Shown piece by piece: positions 8,338 to 11,383 of a stretch of DNA of 11,383 nt. The number at the start of each line of letters is the position of its first letter. Positions within the stretch are counted from its first letter, which is position 1. The stretch covers positions 1 through 11,383 of the forward strand of contig JAYZAC010000025.1 of NCBI GenBank assembly GCA_036339875.1. The letters run 5' to 3'. The DNA is from a bacterium (GTDB taxonomy: Bacteria; Muiribacteriota; UBA6191). The position numbers and the translations under genes are program-made. A model generated the notes under the pieces. That model ran no database searches. It was given only the letters and a program-made list of their open reading frames with translations, and had not been told where the DNA came from.

Positions 8338-8346
8338 ATTGTATCA
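8338..8346 (-). promoter_or_regulatory. Candidate extended -10 sigma70-type promoter for the lipid A cassette
   Basis: TGATACAAT (TGn + TACAAT) ~40 nt upstream of the lpxI ATG, in the only sizeable intergenic gap. No good -35 at 17 nt spacing. Confidence 0.35.
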
Positions 8347-8463
8347 TGATCGTCTATACAAGGTTCTGATGACGACTCCGTCAATAAACTGAGCCAAGAG
8401 CTAATTTTCGAATTAATTTTAAGATACGCATCGAAGAAACTGATGATTTATGCTGAAAAATTT

Positions 8464-9432
8464 CTACACATCTTGATAGTCAGAATCTTCTGCTTCATGA
8501 ACTTGTTCTAGCACAGGCATATTACGAGCCTCCTCAAGACTAACATTCATATAAGTGCTATCTTCCAGTCTAATGGTAACTTCGTCTTTGAAAATATTAG
8601 TTCCACAAACTTTACCCTTCTTACCCGAACTGCAACCAACACATGAACTACGTCGAGGAATTCCTTCTAAAGCTTCCCGATAAAAGTCATTCTCATAGGA
8701 AATACAGCATTTTAAGTGACCGCAAACCCCATTTAATTTGGATGGATTTTTAGATAAGCGTTGATTCTCAACCATCCGAACATTAACCTTCGGTGTTTTT
8801 GTTAAAAAACTACTACAGCATGTTTGGCGACCACATGCTCCTATGGCACCGTTGAGACCAACGTATTCTCTATTACTGATTTGTCGTAGTTCTATACGAG
8901 TTCTGAATTCTCTGGATAACAGACGAACTAATTCTCGAAAGTCTACCTTTTGTGGAGCTAAAAAATAGAAGATAATTCTAGCTGAATCAAATAGAAATTC
9001 AGATCGTACAAAACTCATTTTAAGCTTTAGCAAATCTGATTTTTTCTGTGCTATCTCCATCGCACTTTTTTCTTTCTCTCTATTTCTACGCTCCGCATCT
9101 AAGTCTTGTTCATTAACAAGTCTTATTACGCGCTTGATATCTATCTCACGTTCTCTTTCAAGCATTTTATTGAGCTGAACATATTTCACGGTCGCGACTT
9201 CTTTTCCACGGCAAGTACGAACAACCACTTGGTCCCCACTACTAAATTTATCAAACTCATCCTTAACGGTGAAGACTCCCCTTTTATTTCTAATACTGAG
9301 TCCATAAATACAGGCACCTTCTAAAGGAATATCGTCAGTAGATTTAATGTTTTTTTCTAAATCATCAACTGACTCGCTGAGCGCTACCTCAGTGTGTTCA
9401 ATTTCAGTTTCATACTTTATTTCTTCATTCAT
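8464..9432 (-). CDS. ricT: PSP1 domain protein, RicT/YaaT family (putative Fe-S binding)
   Basis: GDQVVVRT.RG, IIFYF.A..KVDFRELVR.L...FRTRIELRQI, GAIGACGRQTCCSSFL, NPSKLNGVCGHLKCCISYE; directly downstream of holB, as in Bacillus holB-yaaT. Confidence 0.9.
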   Translation of the reverse strand: MNEEIKYETEIEHTEVALSESVDDLEKNIKSTDDIPLEGACIYGLSIRNKRGVFTVKDEFDKFSSGDQVVVRTCRGKEVATVKYVQLNKMLEREREIDIKRVIRLVNEQDLDAERRNREKEKSAMEIAQKKSDLLKLKMSFVRSEFLFDSARIIFYFLAPQKVDFRELVRLLSREFRTRIELRQISNREYVGLNGAIGACGRQTCCSSFLTKTPKVNVRMVENQRLSKNPSKLNGVCGHLKCCISYENDFYREALEGIPRRSSCVGCSSGKKGKVCGTNIFKDEVTIRLEDSTYMNVSLEEARNMPVLEQVHEAEDSDYQDV

Positions 9433-9464
9433 AATTACTTCGATTTTTTATATTGTAGTCCATA

Positions 9465-10706
9465 TCAGGACTGTTTAAGGTCTATCAAGGTCATACCCAA
9501 TTGCTCCATCAAGTTTGACCAGGGTTGGTTATTATAGAGCATCCGACGAAACTCGACTAGTCGATGGCTCAATCTATAAAGCCCATTACCATATTTCATT
9601 GCCTCGAAATTAAGGCTAATTTGTTTTTCCTGTGGCAAGATCGGTCTTTCCTCACCTGAAATCAAAAGCGATTCCATACTGGCTAATATTTCGGTAAAAA
9701 TCGATTCTATCTCTCTGATACAAAATCCTCTATAAAATCTCTGAAGACTATCTTTACTACCGTCATCTACAATGGAGTCTCTATAAGACTCACCAAGCTC
9801 CTGTCGTAGTCCTCGATATTTGCGCAAGCCTTCACTCATTATCCATTCTGACCAATCATTCATAGACTTTTCTAAATAATAAATTTGATCCTCTAAATAA
9901 CTAAATTCATCTACCGCGAGTTCATCCAAAAAATGCAAAATACCTAATTTACGAGAAAGTTGAACTTTAGGGTTTACCAATTGGTCTTGAAGTAGTCTGG
10001 CAGTATCAAATTCATGCTCCTGAAAAGTTTCCAACCATACCTTTAAATAATTTGATAAATCTAAAGGCTTTTGCAGAAGGACCTTTAATTCAGAATATAC
10101 AGCTTGTAAATTCCAACCACCTAATCTTGCCAATGCTTGATCTACTTCATCTAATTCTGTAAACCTGCATTCAGCGGAAGGAATATCTACTGGCATCACA
10201 CGAGATTGAATTGTGGGAAGTAAAGCTCTTTGGTAAGGATTGATTAAAATAAAGATTCTTCCTTCTGGTGGCTCTTCCAGGGTCTTCAAAAGCGCATTGG
10301 CAGCTTCTTTTTGCATTTGAGCCGGAAAATATAAAACAATAATCTGTTTTTTTCCTTTTTCTAACTTCATATTCAGTTTAGCTACCATATCGCGAACTTG
10401 AGCTATGCTAATTGCAGTTCCTTGAGGAAAAAGTGAGATAAATCGCTCCGGGTTACCCCTTTTGAAAGCCAAACAAGCTTCACACTGACCGCATGGCTCT
10501 TTATCCGCAGTATGATTATCACATAAAATTCGACTAATTAAATGTTCGGAGTAAAGTAAGAGATTGGCAGGTTCCTGTCCGTGCAAAACCATCGCATGAG
10601 ACGGAAGAGGATCCTTATAACGAGCGAAGTTTAATTGAGGATAGTTTAAAACAAATTCTTTTAATCTACCCTGTTGGTTTATTTGCTGATGATTAATTGT
10701 CCACAT
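9465..10706 (-). CDS. holB: DNA polymerase III delta-prime (clamp loader) subunit, divergent
   Basis: SHAMVLHG, zinc module C-x9-CGQCEAC, ISIAQVR, MQKEAANALLKTLEEPP, LLPTIQSR; adjacent to ricT. Walker A is degenerate. The start is uncertain (ATG 10706 overlaps rlmN by 28 nt). Confidence 0.8.
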   Translation of the reverse strand: MWTINHQQINQQGRLKEFVLNYPQLNFARYKDPLPSHAMVLHGQEPANLLLYSEHLISRILCDNHTADKEPCGQCEACLAFKRGNPERFISLFPQGTAISIAQVRDMVAKLNMKLEKGKKQIIVLYFPAQMQKEAANALLKTLEEPPEGRIFILINPYQRALLPTIQSRVMPVDIPSAECRFTELDEVDQALARLGGWNLQAVYSELKVLLQKPLDLSNYLKVWLETFQEHEFDTARLLQDQLVNPKVQLSRKLGILHFLDELAVDEFSYLEDQIYYLEKSMNDWSEWIMSEGLRKYRGLRQELGESYRDSIVDDGSKDSLQRFYRGFCIREIESIFTEILASMESLLISGEERPILPQEKQISLNFEAMKYGNGLYRLSHRLVEFRRMLYNNQPWSNLMEQLGMTLIDLKQS

Positions 10707-11383
10707 GCGGCTTGAATATCTCGTCCACGACTAATTCTAACAGTAACCTCTTTATTCCAATGACTCATGATTCCCTTAAAATGTTCAATTTCTTCATAAG
10801 TCGGTCGTGTAAAATCCTCTGGTCCCTCTGGAATAGGATTATAGGGTATTGCGTTTAGATTACATCGAATATCCTGTAAAGATTTACCTAACTTGTTCAA
10901 TCGTGCGGTCTGCATTTGTTTTCCACCAAATAAAACCATCTCAAATGTAATCTTTCGATTAGTTACAGACTGAAAATCTCGAGCTGCCTTAAGAATATCT
11001 TTCACAGATTCTTTTTGATTTGGAACCCACTGATATCTAAGAGATTGGTCTGTTGTGTGTAATGATATCGCTAGTTGTATCTGAGGCATTTCTTCAGCTA
11101 ATTTTCTAATTCCCTTGGTAACACCAGATGTGGAAACTGTAATTTTGCGAGAACCTATATTTAAACCCTGTTTATGTGTAAATATTTCCAATGCCTTAAA
11201 TACTTGATTCATATTATGAAATGGTTCACCCATACCCATAAATACTAAGCGTACGGAATTCGGAAATTTATCACCCAATAACTGCCTAAATAAAAGATAC
11301 TGAGCTACAATCTCACCGGCTTGCAAATTTCGTATGATACCCATTTTCCCTGTCGCACAAAATACACAAGCCTGCGCACAACC
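10679..11383 (-). CDS. rlmN: Radical SAM RNA methyltransferase RlmN (23S rRNA m2A2503 / tRNA m2A37); 5' end outside the window
   Basis: The frame stays open upstream of the track's ATG (11344) to the window edge and reads GCAQACVFCATGKMG (CxxxCxxC at 11380-11357). Also VFMGMGEP, ITVSTSG, LAISLH, NAIPYNP, RGRDIQAACGQL. Confidence 0.95.
   Translation of the reverse strand, partial: GCAQACVFCATGKMGIIRNLQAGEIVAQYLLFRQLLGDKFPNSVRLVFMGMGEPFHNMNQVFKALEIFTHKQGLNIGSRKITVSTSGVTKGIRKLAEEMPQIQLAISLHTTDQSLRYQWVPNQKESVKDILKAARDFQSVTNRKITFEMVLFGGKQMQTARLNKLGKSLQDIRCNLNAIPYNPIPEGPEDFTRPTYEEIEHFKGIMSHWNKEVTVRISRGRDIQAACGQLIISK

Noticed and set aside
8298..8384. 29-aa N-terminal extension of LpxI in the ORF track (TTG start)
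   Set aside because: No SD, not LpxI-like; GAGGAG points to ATG 8297.
8381..8431. 16-codon minus-strand ORF MRILKLIRKLALGSVY in the ricT-lpxI gap, with its stop overlapping TTG 8384
   Set aside because: No SD sequence, and the length is expected by chance; lpxI has a much better start at 8297. Would need ribosome profiling or conservation evidence.
2286..9324. Other short plus-strand ORFs (2286, 3774, 4701, 6102, 7178, 7573, 9106)
   Set aside because: All are 60-75 aa, lie wholly antisense to well-supported genes and show no recognisable protein features.
9457..9472. Small inverted repeat AGTCC-TGATAT-GGACT over the holB stop, next to a TACAAT hexamer
   Set aside because: 5-bp stem with no U-tract and no properly spaced -35; too weak to call a terminator or promoter.
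10679..11383. Possible Cfr-type resistance methyltransferase
   Set aside because: Housekeeping context and ordinary RlmN motifs; nothing visible favours Cfr, though the N-terminus is missing and a phylogeny would be decisive.
1..11383. CRISPR arrays, tRNA/rRNA, IS elements, tandem repeats, recoding or alternative genetic code
   Set aside because: None seen; the window is almost entirely coding, genes are intact under the standard code, and TGA, TAA and TAG all act as stops at expected gene ends.

Overview
AT-rich bacterial chromosomal segment with all real genes on the minus strand, in one operon-like run. Read from the right edge leftward: rlmN (5'-truncated), holB-like clamp-loader subunit, PSP1/RicT(YaaT)-family protein, a ~166-bp gap, then a translationally coupled lipid A cassette: lpxI, lpxB (canonical), msbA-like flippase, a second divergent lpxB, LpxL-family acyltransferase, pdxA. 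It ends in a >=514-codon ORF (1542 to <1) missing from the supplied ORF track. I translated this ORF by hand as a multi-TM GT-C-type glycosyltransferase fused to a GT2 (TIGR04283-like) domain. The most notable points are two LpxB paralogues flanking msbA (the second with altered N-terminal motifs, where lpxK often sits) and the GT-C/GT2 fusion coupled to the same operon. Together they may indicate a non-standard, glycosylated lipid A pathway (inference). I saw no RNA genes, mobile elements, CRISPR arrays or clear intrinsic terminators. All family calls come from motif recognition, not database searches.
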